From a virus (taxonomy: Duplodnaviria; Caudoviricetes), in IMG/VR virus record IMGVR_UViG_3300020044_011668, positions 1 through 63,246 of that record: DNA of 63,246 nucleotides; one strand, written 5' to 3'. Both the position numbers and the translations under genes were made by a program. This document shows, one piece after another, positions 46,659 through 55,549 of the stretch. A model generated the notes under the pieces. It was given only the letters and a program-made list of their open reading frames with translations. It was not told where the DNA came from and did no database searches. Within the stretch, counting starts at the first letter, position 1, and each line of letters starts with the position of its first letter.

Positions 46659-47336
46659 ATGTCGAAACGAAAAGCCGCCGCCAAACGGGCCGCGGACAAC
46701 AGGGAATCCAAGGGCTACAGCGGCGCGTTGATGCGAAACCGCGCGGTCGAGCTTCTCAACAAGGGCCTGTTGCGCTCCCGCATCGCCGAGCAGATGGGCG
46801 TGAATCCCGCAACCATCACGCGTTGGCTGAAAGAGGCGGGCATCACACCTTTGCCCAAGGGCAGGCCAAGATCCCCCGAGGCCCACACCGAACTCACCGA
46901 GCCCGAGTTCACCGAAGTGGAGCCTAACGAGTTTGAGGAGCAACTGCAGGAGGTCACTAGCGAAGCACTGCAGGACCCGTTGTCCGCCGCACGGGACGAA
47001 GAGGAGCGCAGCATACTCGAAATCGCGGATAGCCAAGGATCTCCCGCCGACAAGTATCAGGCGTTCGTCGCCGCCAATGCCATCAGGATGTTCCGTGACA
47101 GCATGCCCCACATTCGCGGCCCACGCACCGTCAAGGAGATGTCCGAGCTGGACCAGATGATCCGCAGGAACTTGGGCTTGAATCCCCGTGGCGGCAGCGG
47201 AAGCGCGGGCAGTGTGCAGATCGACATCTCGATCCTGAACAACACCAAGGCGGATGTCGGCGGTAGCGCGTTGCCCGCGCGCAACGTGACGCTTGACGCG
47301 GAAATACTAAACGATGACGACGATGACGAAGATTGA
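46659..47336 (+). CDS. HTH protein, possible terminase small subunit
   Basis: RSRIAEQMGVNPATITRWL helix-turn-helix; divergent from terL. Confidence 0.5.
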   Translation: MSKRKAAAKRAADNRESKGYSGALMRNRAVELLNKGLLRSRIAEQMGVNPATITRWLKEAGITPLPKGRPRSPEAHTELTEPEFTEVEPNEFEEQLQEVTSEALQDPLSAARDEEERSILEIADSQGSPADKYQAFVAANAIRMFRDSMPHIRGPRTVKEMSELDQMIRRNLGLNPRGGSGSAGSVQIDISILNNTKADVGGSALPARNVTLDAEILNDDDDDED

Positions 47337-47601
47337 ATGGCAGAACCGCTACGGGGATACCGTCTCCTTCAGGCAGCTCAACGAGAACACGTGGCTGTTC
47401 GATGTCGAAAACGAATTGCCTTGGCGCGTCAGTGATACTTTCGTCGACCCCTCGGGCGGTCCTATGGTGATTGTCGGCTGCACGCTGCAACAGCTGCATC
47501 TCGCGCTGCCTGCTTCCGTTGTAACCAAAGTGGGCTTTGGTGTTTACGACACGGATGCCAGCGGTTACGATTACAGTGGATGTCTGATACACACCTCATG
47601 A
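47323..47601 (+). CDS. Hypothetical protein
   Basis: NRYGD...FVDPSGGP; coupled ORF. Confidence 0.6.
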   Translation: MTKIEWQNRYGDTVSFRQLNENTWLFDVENELPWRVSDTFVDPSGGPMVIVGCTLQQLHLALPASVVTKVGFGVYDTDASGYDYSGCLIHTS

Positions 47602-48113
47602 GCCGCGAAAAATGCAACGTCATTGTCGGGGCCGATAACGGGCTCGACGGGGGCTTGGTAGCCCTGAGTGAATTCACCGGCCATGTGCTGGAGAAGATAC
47701 CGATGCCCACGCGCATGATCGGCAAGAAGCGGGAAATCAACCCGCACGCCGTGAAGGACTGGCTGCTCTCGTTGAACGAGAACCCGCGCAACATCATGCT
47801 TGCCATCGAGGAACCGCTCAAGCATGCGAAGAGTTCGCAAGCCATGCGTTCGATGGGTATCAGCTTCGGGCTGCTTTGCGGCACCAGCGAGCTCAGCGGC
47901 CTGCGAACCGAACGCGTGCAGGTCAACGACTGGCAACCGATGCTGCTGGGGCGCGTGCCGAAAGGGCAGACCAAAACCTATGCGCTCAAAGCCGCAGCAG
48001 GTTTGTGGCCCTATGAATGCTGGCTTGCATCAACGAGGTGCACGACACCCCACGACGGCATGGTGGATGCCGCGCTGATTGCCCAATACGCACGCCTGAA
48101 ACTTTTGTCATGA
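47598..48113 (+). CDS. RuvC-like Holliday junction resolvase
   Basis: VGADNGLDGG, AIEE, HDGMVDAALIA. Confidence 0.8.
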   Translation: MSREKCNVIVGADNGLDGGLVALSEFTGHVLEKIPMPTRMIGKKREINPHAVKDWLLSLNENPRNIMLAIEEPLKHAKSSQAMRSMGISFGLLCGTSELSGLRTERVQVNDWQPMLLGRVPKGQTKTYALKAAAGLWPYECWLASTRCTTPHDGMVDAALIAQYARLKLLS

Positions 48114-48337
48114 ACCAGAACAACCAATACGTGCTGCCAAGATTGCGCACACTCGTGGAGGACACCTGCTCCAAAGGAGCGCGCATGTCTCTGCCGCGAC
48201 TCGTGCTCGACGTGGTGGAAGCACCCTTCATTGCCCCTTTCGTGCTTGCCTTCAACGAGGAATTCGAGGCTACTCTGGTGGCAGCAGACCTGCACGACGA
48301 ACTCACTTTCCGAGACCTTCTCGAATACATCGACTGA
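48110..48337 (+). CDS. Hypothetical protein
   Basis: ATGA overlap. Confidence 0.55.
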   Translation: MNQNNQYVLPRLRTLVEDTCSKGARMSLPRLVLDVVEAPFIAPFVLAFNEEFEATLVAADLHDELTFRDLLEYID

Positions 48338-48340
48338 CCC

Positions 48341-48805
48341 ATGCACCGCGACGAACTACTGAAACTGCACGATGAAACCTGCGCCAAGGCACGGGCTATC
48401 ATGGAATCCAAGAACAACGACTACACCGGCGGCGAGCGAGCCACCGATGCACTCGCCAATTTCAAGTCCGCATCTGCGCTCGGACTGCATCCCGTAACCG
48501 GACTCCTGTTGCGGACACAGGACAAGCTCATGCGTATCCGCAGCTTCGTGGCCGATGGCTCCCTGCGCGTTACCGGCGAGACGGTGACGGATGCCTGCGA
48601 CGACTTGCTCAACTACGCGATCCTCTGCAAGGCGCTGCTGCTTGAAGAAGCGCAGCAGCTTGCGCGTGTGGACCCCCTGCCGTTGCTTTCAGCCGCGCCA
48701 CATGACCACGACTTCTTGGAGCGCCCGCAGGATGACTGCCCTTGTGGGCGCAGGCTCATCTACCACTACTCGCTCGGATGGTGCTGCGAGGATTGCCACC
48801 TGTAG
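48341..48805 (+). CDS. Nucleotide modification associated domain 1 (Nmad1/DUF1599) protein with C-terminal Zn ribbon
   Basis: KNNDY...ANF...DKLMRI...ETVTDACDDLLNYA; CPCG...CEDC. Confidence 0.7.
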   Translation: MHRDELLKLHDETCAKARAIMESKNNDYTGGERATDALANFKSASALGLHPVTGLLLRTQDKLMRIRSFVADGSLRVTGETVTDACDDLLNYAILCKALLLEEAQQLARVDPLPLLSAAPHDHDFLERPQDDCPCGRRLIYHYSLGWCCEDCHL

Positions 48806-48866
48806 CCTGAATCTTTTTTGCAGAAAGGTGTTGCTTTGTTCGGGCTCTCCGGTAGGAAGGGCTCGC

Positions 48867-49190
48867 ATGAACGAAACAACCGACTACTGCCAGTGCGAAA
48901 AAAAAGAGACGCTGGCTCCAAGCTACATGGTGCACGTTGCGGGCAAGCCCGCGCCGGTGCAATACCACTTCGACATTCAGGAAGCCATCGCTGAGGCCAC
49001 AAGGCTCGCCCGCAAGGAGCAGCGTGAAGTCGGTGTGCTTCAGGTCATCGCCGTTGCCTCCCCACAGGAGCAACCGATCGAGTGGATCTTCGTGGACAAC
49101 GTCGTCGTTAAAGAGAAGGAGGCGGAAGACGTGACAAACACGAGGCTCAAGGAACTCTTGGGCCTGCTCTTCCCCAACCCCCGCTGTTAG
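48867..49190 (+). CDS. Hypothetical protein
   Basis: H...EAIAEATRLARKE; promoter TTGCTT-16-TAGGAA-8 nt-ATG. Confidence 0.6.
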   Translation: MNETTDYCQCEKKETLAPSYMVHVAGKPAPVQYHFDIQEAIAEATRLARKEQREVGVLQVIAVASPQEQPIEWIFVDNVVVKEKEAEDVTNTRLKELLGLLFPNPRC

Positions 49191-49230
49191 GGTTTGCCTA
49201 CCTTCGGACAGCAAAAAACCGAAAAGCCGC

Positions 49231-49495
49231 ACGACGTTGTCCCGAGTCGTAAATCGGGACGCTTCTCTCCGACCACCGCAGTGAGGGCACAACGTAACCA
49301 GTCGCATCCTTTGGCTCTAGGCTGGAGCACTTGTGAGCGACCTGACCGGTGCTCGGAGAGAGGTCTTTCAATGTAGGGGAAAGCGGGTCGATGCGTCGGA
49401 CTGATAAGCCGAGAAGCGCTGCCACTACCTGACATTGAGACCTCACGGATACCCACTGCCGCCTCGTTAGAGCGGACACCGGATCAGTCACCGGA
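49231..49495 (+). ncRNA. Candidate structured RNA cluster
   Basis: Pseudoknot 49231-49260, 16/17-bp stem 49262-49363, stem 49360-49444, further stems to 49495. Confidence 0.5.
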
Positions 49496-49526
49496 CCCCC
49501 TTTACCTGAATCCTGAATCCTGAAAC

Positions 49527-49847
49527 ATGAACGCTAAAGAAGAACTGCTGAAACACATTGGTGATCGTGAAGTGAAATACGTCCGCATCATTTTCGACCA
49601 CTCCTTTCGCAACAGGGAGCCGATCGAAGGAACCCTTGACGAGGTGCTTCCGAGGTTGGATGTCAAATATGACAACGGCTACGGTTCGCAAAAGCTGGAA
49701 GGCACCATCTGGTATTCCGACGGAACGTGGTCGGAGCGTGGGGAATACGACGGCTCTGAATGGTGGGAGCATCGTGAGTGTCCTCCTCTGCCGAACGATC
49801 AAGCGCAGGCGCGGCGGCCTGCGGATGGAAATCAAACTGGCGGCTGA
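49527..49847 (+). CDS. Conserved phage hypothetical protein
   Basis: YDNGYGSQKLEGTIW.SDGTW.ERGEYDGSEWW. Confidence 0.7.
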   Translation: MNAKEELLKHIGDREVKYVRIIFDHSFRNREPIEGTLDEVLPRLDVKYDNGYGSQKLEGTIWYSDGTWSERGEYDGSEWWEHRECPPLPNDQAQARRPADGNQTGG

Positions 49848-49903
49848 CCGCCGTCGATCCTGCCGCACCTTGTTCCCGGAATTAGCCCGAATCAATCAGT
49901 CCT

Positions 49904-50368
49904 ATGGATGACATCAAAACCAACAAGCGCCTCTTCGACTTGGTCCGCTATCAACGCAGCGAGCTGCTGGAAGCCGGGCTCATCACGGATGACGAATATC
50001 TCTACATCCTTGCGGATGCCCCGCTCGCGCAAGGCGCGGGCAGTCCCTCGCCCCGGCGACTGGAAGACTACGACCAAGTGAAAGCGTCATACATGGAGGC
50101 GCTGGAACTCTGCGAAAGGTCCAAGAACACGGCGGTCAACAAATGGGTCGCCCGGCTGAAGGTCGCCGAGGACGCGCTGAAGGAAATCGCCGCGCAAAAG
50201 CTCGCCGATGAGATGGACGATCACACTGCGGAAGGTGCCGACTACGAGGGCGGATACGAGGCAATCGTGAGGATCGCCCGCACCGCTCTGAATTCCGGGA
50301 ACGTCCAAGCTGACCCGCGGCATGGGCGGGGGAAAACTCAACCGGAGAAACAAGATGCCGAACCATAG
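49904..50368 (+). CDS. Hypothetical protein
   Basis: 154-aa helical ORF. Confidence 0.55.
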   Translation: MDDIKTNKRLFDLVRYQRSELLEAGLITDDEYLYILADAPLAQGAGSPSPRRLEDYDQVKASYMEALELCERSKNTAVNKWVARLKVAEDALKEIAAQKLADEMDDHTAEGADYEGGYEAIVRIARTALNSGNVQADPRHGRGKTQPEKQDAEP

Positions 50369-50711
50369 AAGTCTCAGAGAAGAACAGGAAGGCCCATGCA
50401 GTTGGGTCCAGCGCCTTGTTCGCCGTTGGCGATGGACGCGGAGAGAGCGCGACATCATCCGCAACTGTGGATGCGTGACCTACTGCCCGAAATGTCACGA
50501 CATGCTCAACGACCAAGCCTACTGGCTGGCGAGCAACGGCGACGGACTCGGCACCTACAAATGCCGTCTCTGCGGGAATGTCAGCGAATGGTATTTCGGC
50601 ATCGCTCCCGTGGCGGTGCTGGTGTGGTCGTCTCATTCTCCGGCGAACAACCCGATCACCGCCGCGACAGCGTCCGGCGCATCCCAGAGTTCTAACCGAC
50701 CAGCACCATGA
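50355..50711 (+). CDS. Zn-ribbon protein
   Basis: CPKC...CRLC. Confidence 0.55.
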   Translation: MPNHRSLREEQEGPCSWVQRLVRRWRWTRRERDIIRNCGCVTYCPKCHDMLNDQAYWLASNGDGLGTYKCRLCGNVSEWYFGIAPVAVLVWSSHSPANNPITAATASGASQSSNRPAP

Positions 50712-51094
50712 ACGACACCCCACGCACCGACGCCATCGCCCATCGCGGCTACAACGAATCCGCCTACATCTCGGAGATGACCGGCCTAAGCCGACAGCTG
50801 GAGCGCGAAAACCAGACCTTCCGCGCAGCTCAAAAGGCTTGCGAGGATTGTGACGCGCCGCGAGTTGATCGCATTGCCGAGCTTGAGCGCGAGCTAGACT
50901 TCAGCGAGCAAACCGGGCGGCAAATCTGGCAGGCGAACGAACGGCTTAAAGCCGAGCTAGCCGCCGAGCGGGAGCTTGCAGACAGGCTGGGAACATGGGT
51001 TCGCGCATTGTATCGTGATAAAAAAGTCCCAACTTTCTGCGAAGAATCTGTCCACCGAGCCATAAACACATGGGAGGATGCCCGCCGTGAGTGA
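50708..51094 (+). CDS. TPRTD-family hypothetical protein
   Basis: MNDTPRTD...LERE. Confidence 0.6.
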   Translation: MNDTPRTDAIAHRGYNESAYISEMTGLSRQLERENQTFRAAQKACEDCDAPRVDRIAELERELDFSEQTGRQIWQANERLKAELAAERELADRLGTWVRALYRDKKVPTFCEESVHRAINTWEDARRE

Positions 51095-51308
51095 TACACC
51101 AAGGACTGACAAGATGTCGTATGAGGTCGTGGGCAATTTTTCCCGTCGCCGGAAGACCATTGTGGTCGCAGCGTTTGCCAAGCATCTAGAGCGTGAACTC
51201 AACGCCGAGCGTGCCCTAGCAGACAGGCTGGCGCGGGAACTTGAGGGATGCGCTGAACTCACCAGCGCCCACGAAGCCCTAGCCGCATGGAAGGAGTCCC
51301 GCAAGTGA
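51087..51308 (+). CDS. TPRTD-family hypothetical protein
   Basis: VSDTPRTD...LERELNAERALADRL. Confidence 0.6.
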   Translation: MSDTPRTDKMSYEVVGNFSRRRKTIVVAAFAKHLERELNAERALADRLARELEGCAELTSAHEALAAWKESRK

Positions 51309-51514
51309 GCGCCGGAAAAGGAGACTCCCCGAGGCCCGTCAACTGGTCGAAGTGGGACGAAACGTGGGCGCGCATCCAAAGCAACAAGCAGCAGCCCGAA
51401 ACCCCTACCAGCAAAGAAGAACAACCTAAGTATGAAACCACACTACTACATCACCAAATTGACCACCCCGAGCCACCCCAACCCCGAGCCCCCGAGTCTG
51501 TCCAACCCATATGA
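51305..51514 (+). CDS. Small hypothetical protein
   Basis: GTGA overlap; SAGKGDSPRPV...WARI. Confidence 0.5.
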   Translation: MSAGKGDSPRPVNWSKWDETWARIQSNKQQPETPTSKEEQPKYETTLLHHQIDHPEPPQPRAPESVQPI

Positions 51515-51710
51515 CACGCTCGCCGACGCCACACGGGCCACCGAGCGCCGCGCCGAGGACGATCCGGGGGCCTCTTTCGAGATCCTGAAAAGCGTAGCCT
51601 TCGTTCGTGCCCCGCGGGCCATCGCATTCTGGTATGACGGCGAAGAGCCGAAACCCGAAAGTGCGCGTGGGTGTGTCTGCGGTTTCTGCGACGGCTTCGA
51701 ATGCAACTGA
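51432..51710 (+). CDS. Hypothetical protein
   Basis: 92-aa ORF with a C-terminal Cys cluster. Confidence 0.5.
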   Translation: MKPHYYITKLTTPSHPNPEPPSLSNPYDTLADATRATERRAEDDPGASFEILKSVAFVRAPRAIAFWYDGEEPKPESARGCVCGFCDGFECN

Positions 51711-51715
51711 ACCCC

Positions 51716-53026
51716 ATGAAGACCCTCTTCCCGAAGCAACAGGAGTCCGTTGATAGGCTGCTGCAGGCACTCAAGCAGCATGGCTGCGCGCTCGACAGCT
51801 CTATGACAGGTGTTGGCAAAACGATCATCGCCTCCCGCGTTGCGCTGAACAGCGGCAGGCCCGTGCTGGTGCTGTGCCCAAAGATCGTCATACCACACTG
51901 GGAGCGCGAACTCGCTGAAGTCGGCGTCAAGCCCCTAGCCGTGCTGAACTACGAAAAGCTGCGGCGCGGCAGCACGCCGTGGCTCAACAAGATTGGCAAG
52001 AAGCTGTATCGCTGGTGCCTGCCGGAGGGCACGCTGCTGGTGTTCGATGAGATCCACAACTGCAAGGGGCCACACACGAACAACACCCAGATGCTGATCG
52101 CCGCCAAGCAGCAAGGCTTTAGCGTGCTGATGCTCAGTGCGACGGCCTGCAAAGACCCGACGGAGATGCGGGGTATCGGATACGTTTTGGGCTTGCACGC
52201 GCTGAACAAACCCGCCGAAGGGCTGCAAAGCTGGTTCGGCTGGATGCTCAAGCTGGGCTGCAGGAAGGACCCTTGGAACAACTGGAAAGCCGGACCCCGT
52301 GAAAGGCTCTGCGAAGTGCGCGACGGCATCTACCCACACAAAGGGGTGCAGCTCACGCCGAACGACCTGCCACGCGCTTTTGCCGAGAACCACGTGATGA
52401 CTGAACCATTGGCCTTCAGCGCACTCAAGGACATCGCCTCGTTCTACGAGCAACACGGGATCACGCCCGAGATCGTCGACCGTTTCCTTGAGGGGGTGGT
52501 CAACGCACCAAACGTGCTTGTGGAGATGCTGCGCGCAAGGCAGCTCGCCGAAGCAGCCAAGGTGCCGGACATACTCGATATGGTGCGGGATGCACGGGAC
52601 GAAGGCTACAGCGTTGTCGTGTTTGTGAACTTCACGGAAACGCTCAACACGCTCTGTGCGATGATGGGACCCGATACAGCCCGCGTGTGTGGCGGACAGA
52701 ATGGCAGCGTGCGCGAGCAAAACGTGCAACGCTTCCAACGGAACGAGTGCGGGGTGATCATCTGCAACACCGCCGCCGGTGGGGTTGGTGTCTCACTGCA
52801 CGACGAGCACGGCGGGCACCCACGGATGTCCTTGATTTCGCCGACTTTCAACGAGAAGGAATACGTGCAGGTGCTTGGTAGAATACACCGAGCTGGGGCA
52901 CAAAGCCCTGCGCTGCAACGAGTTCTGGTTGCCTCGAAAACTATTGAGGAAAAAATCATTGCCAAGCTGGAAGAAAAACGCAAAGACATGGCCGCGCTGC
53001 ACGAGCAGCCCAAAACTGAATCCTGA
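51716..53026 (+). CDS. Superfamily 2 (SNF2-like) helicase
   Basis: TGVGKT, FDEIH, LSAT, QVLGRIHRAG. Confidence 0.88.
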   Translation: MKTLFPKQQESVDRLLQALKQHGCALDSSMTGVGKTIIASRVALNSGRPVLVLCPKIVIPHWERELAEVGVKPLAVLNYEKLRRGSTPWLNKIGKKLYRWCLPEGTLLVFDEIHNCKGPHTNNTQMLIAAKQQGFSVLMLSATACKDPTEMRGIGYVLGLHALNKPAEGLQSWFGWMLKLGCRKDPWNNWKAGPRERLCEVRDGIYPHKGVQLTPNDLPRAFAENHVMTEPLAFSALKDIASFYEQHGITPEIVDRFLEGVVNAPNVLVEMLRARQLAEAAKVPDILDMVRDARDEGYSVVVFVNFTETLNTLCAMMGPDTARVCGGQNGSVREQNVQRFQRNECGVIICNTAAGGVGVSLHDEHGGHPRMSLISPTFNEKEYVQVLGRIHRAGAQSPALQRVLVASKTIEEKIIAKLEEKRKDMAALHEQPKTES

Positions 53027-53029
53027 ATC

Positions 53030-53254
53030 ATGAGCACCGAAACGAAATCAGAGAAGATCAAACTCGAAGGGGGTCCCAAGCACGGCAAGCTTGTCACACG
53101 CCCCGACGAACAACACGCGACCATCTTCATGCCGGTCACCGGCAAGGTGTGGTCCGAAGGACAGCCCACCACTCAAGACAAAAAAGGTGTGGCCGTCTAC
53201 CAATACTACGAAGAGCACGACTCTGCCTTCTGGGCACACAACGACTGGCAGTAA
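53030..53254 (+). CDS. Hypothetical protein
   Basis: GGPKHG motif. Confidence 0.55.
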   Translation: MSTETKSEKIKLEGGPKHGKLVTRPDEQHATIFMPVTGKVWSEGQPTTQDKKGVAVYQYYEEHDSAFWAHNDWQ

Positions 53255-53280
53255 ATTTGAACCTGAACGAAGAACCAAAC

Positions 53281-54150
53281 ATGAAGATCGAAATTGGAAA
53301 GAAATACGTTACCCGCGACGGCGAAATCGCCACGGTGGTGAGTGTGATTGAAGCCTCTACATACCCCGTCAAGGTCCTCGCCCGAGACAGCAACTACTCG
53401 TGCACCATGCGTGGTGAGGTGTGGGGTTACGGAGCCCCCCACGGTGGGGACCTCGTAGCTGAATGGGAGCCCTACCCACACGAGCGCTTCGAGGAACTCG
53501 AAGAGCAACTCGCATGCAGCGAACGTGCAGTGCGGAAGTGGGAAGAAACCGCAGCGAGCGTAGCCAGCGTGCGGGACTACTACTCGCGCATCATAAAGGA
53601 GGTTGCCGACGCCATTGGTCCCGCCGCCTACACCAGTGACGACGGCAGCGTGCAGCCCATACCGCTGCGTGCAAGACTCGCCTGCCGCGTGCAGGATCTG
53701 CAGGCCACCATCTTGGAGCAAGAGCGGCAGATCCAACGCTACAAAGCGCTGCTGCCTGCGGCCCGACCGGCACTGGACATGCAAGTCGGCGGTGCGTATT
53801 TGTGCCGCAACGGCAACATCGCGATCATCGTGTCGTCGGATGACGACCCCAAATACCCGTTTGATGTTGAAACGAAAAATGGCGCGAGATGGTCTGCCAC
53901 ACGCAGGGGCGCCGAATTCCGCGCCGATGAAGGCGGCGGCGACCTCGCTGCCCGAATCCGGTTTCCTGAACCCAACGTAGCGGCACCGGAAGGGTTCGTC
54001 TGCGTGGGCAACAAGCTGCTGCCTGAGTATCACGACGCGGCGGACATCAAGGTCTGCTCATGGGGCGACAACGGGAACAACGAATACTGCGTGCGCATCG
54101 GCTCTCCGGTGCACTTCGCCTTTGCAACCAAATTCAGCAACGAAGCATGA
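53281..54150 (+). CDS. Modular hypothetical protein (duplicated beta domain, coiled coil, C-terminal domain shared with the amidoligase N-terminus)
   Basis: GKKYVTRDG...GGDLVA versus GGAYLCRNG...GGDLAA; PEGF...YCVRIGSPVH. Confidence 0.6.
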   Translation: MKIEIGKKYVTRDGEIATVVSVIEASTYPVKVLARDSNYSCTMRGEVWGYGAPHGGDLVAEWEPYPHERFEELEEQLACSERAVRKWEETAASVASVRDYYSRIIKEVADAIGPAAYTSDDGSVQPIPLRARLACRVQDLQATILEQERQIQRYKALLPAARPALDMQVGGAYLCRNGNIAIIVSSDDDPKYPFDVETKNGARWSATRRGAEFRADEGGGDLAARIRFPEPNVAAPEGFVCVGNKLLPEYHDAADIKVCSWGDNGNNEYCVRIGSPVHFAFATKFSNEA

Positions 54151-54796
54151 ACCAACCTGAATTCCAAGGATTTCCCAAGATGGGCAGACTCTCACGCGAG
54201 TGTGTGCTGACCGAAAAAATTGATGGCACTAACGGGCAACTACTTATCGTCGAGCGGCCCCCGATCGGCACCCCCATCGGGGGATACGTAGCTGCTACCG
54301 AGAACGTGCTCATCTACGCTGGATCGCGCAACCGCTGGCTGCAGCTCGGCGACGACAACTACGGCTTCGCGAAGTGGGTTGCCGAGCACGCAGAGGAGCT
54401 GCACAGCTGCCAGTCGGCAGGCACTTCGGCGAGTGGTGGGGTAGTGGTGTGCAACGCGGCTACGGCCTGCCGAAGGGCGAGAAGCGGCTGAGCCTGTTCA
54501 ACACCGAGCGTTTTCATTTGCACGGTGCGCCAGCACAACGGAAGGAGACGGAGAACCCGCTTGTTTGGAAGGAGACCATCGAGCTGCCTTCGTGCGTCGG
54601 CTTGGTGCCGGTGCTCGCTCGGGAGACGTTCAGCACGGGCCTCGTGCAACGCGTGCTTGAAGGGCTGCGCATGCACGGCAGCGTAGCGGCACCCGGATTC
54701 ATGGACCCTGAAGGTGTCATCGTGTGGCACACCGCCGCACAGGTGGGCTTCAAGAAGACTATCCAGAACGACGACAAACCAAAATCGAAAGCATGA
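54147..54796 (+). pseudogene. RNA ligase (Rnl2-like nucleotidyltransferase) with a 1-nt frameshift near 54402
   Basis: TEKIDGTN, GSRNRW and DNYGF in one frame; HFGEWWG, LFN, PEGVIV and KK in another. Confidence 0.8.
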
Positions 54797-55059
54797 AACC
54801 AGAAAAAGACAACGGCGGGCCAGCGTTTCCGCTACAGGACTGGGATGAGGTAATCCACTCACGCCGAATGGAAACCGGCATGTCGTTGCGCGACTACTTT
54901 GCGGCGGCGGCTTTGCAGGGGGCGCTTGCCAGCAAGGAGACCCTTGAGGCCGCTGCGCTTTTGTGCCTGCGAGCCGACATAAAACTCGAAGATGCTTTGG
55001 CCACCCGCAGCTACTCCTTTGCAGACGCCATGCTCGTGGCAAGAAAGGAGGGCGCATGA
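54793..55059 (+). CDS. Conserved phage protein (GGPAFP...GMSLRDYFAA family)
   Basis: Characteristic motifs; ATGA overlap. Confidence 0.75.
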   Translation: MKPEKDNGGPAFPLQDWDEVIHSRRMETGMSLRDYFAAAALQGALASKETLEAAALLCLRADIKLEDALATRSYSFADAMLVARKEGA

Positions 55060-55403
55060 GTGACCGACCAACACCGGAGACAGACGCCGCAACGCTTAAC
55101 AAGTGGCAAGATAGCTGTCCGCTTCAAGTGGTGCCGAAATCACTTGCGGTTGCGCTTGAGCGCCAGCGCGACGAGTTGCTGGAGGCGCTGGAAATGGTGG
55201 AAATCTACCTTGTCGAGCGTGGCATAGAGACTCGCGGAACTATCGGTAGAACGCTAGTTTTGCCCAGAATCCGAGCCGCAATCGCCGCCGTGAAAGGAGG
55301 CCCCGATGCCTGCCCTGAGTGTGGCACCTTCGAGGAGCCCTATTTTTGCCGCCTCGAACCAATGGGCTACTTTTGCCCTGACTGCGGAACCGAAGCACGA
55401 TGA
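55056..55403 (+). CDS. TPETD-family protein with Zn ribbon
   Basis: PTPETD...LERQRDELLEAL; CPEC...CPDC. Confidence 0.6.
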   Translation: MSDRPTPETDAATLNKWQDSCPLQVVPKSLAVALERQRDELLEALEMVEIYLVERGIETRGTIGRTLVLPRIRAAIAAVKGGPDACPECGTFEEPYFCRLEPMGYFCPDCGTEAR

Positions 55404-55540
55404 ACTCCCTCCAATACCGCTTCCGCTACTACGCGAAGAAAGTTTGCAAATTCTGCGGATTTTGCTTCCGTTGTCGTAGCACCTTGAATTACACCAGATC
55501 CGGCGTTGGGATCTGCCCGAAATGCGGGCTGCGCCACTAA
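55400..55540 (+). CDS. 46-aa Cys-rich Zn-finger peptide
   Basis: ATGA overlap; CKFCGFCFRC...CPKC; below the track cutoff. Confidence 0.55.
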   Translation: MNSLQYRFRYYAKKVCKFCGFCFRCRSTLNYTRSGVGICPKCGLRH

Positions 55541-55549
55541 ACCGGAAAG

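Noticed and set aside
49396-49412. TCGGA-CTGATAA-GCCGA resembles a tRNA-Ile anticodon arm or a hammerhead core
   Set aside because: No D arm, T arm (TTCGA) or acceptor stem; the CUGANGA/GAAA hammerhead arrangement is absent
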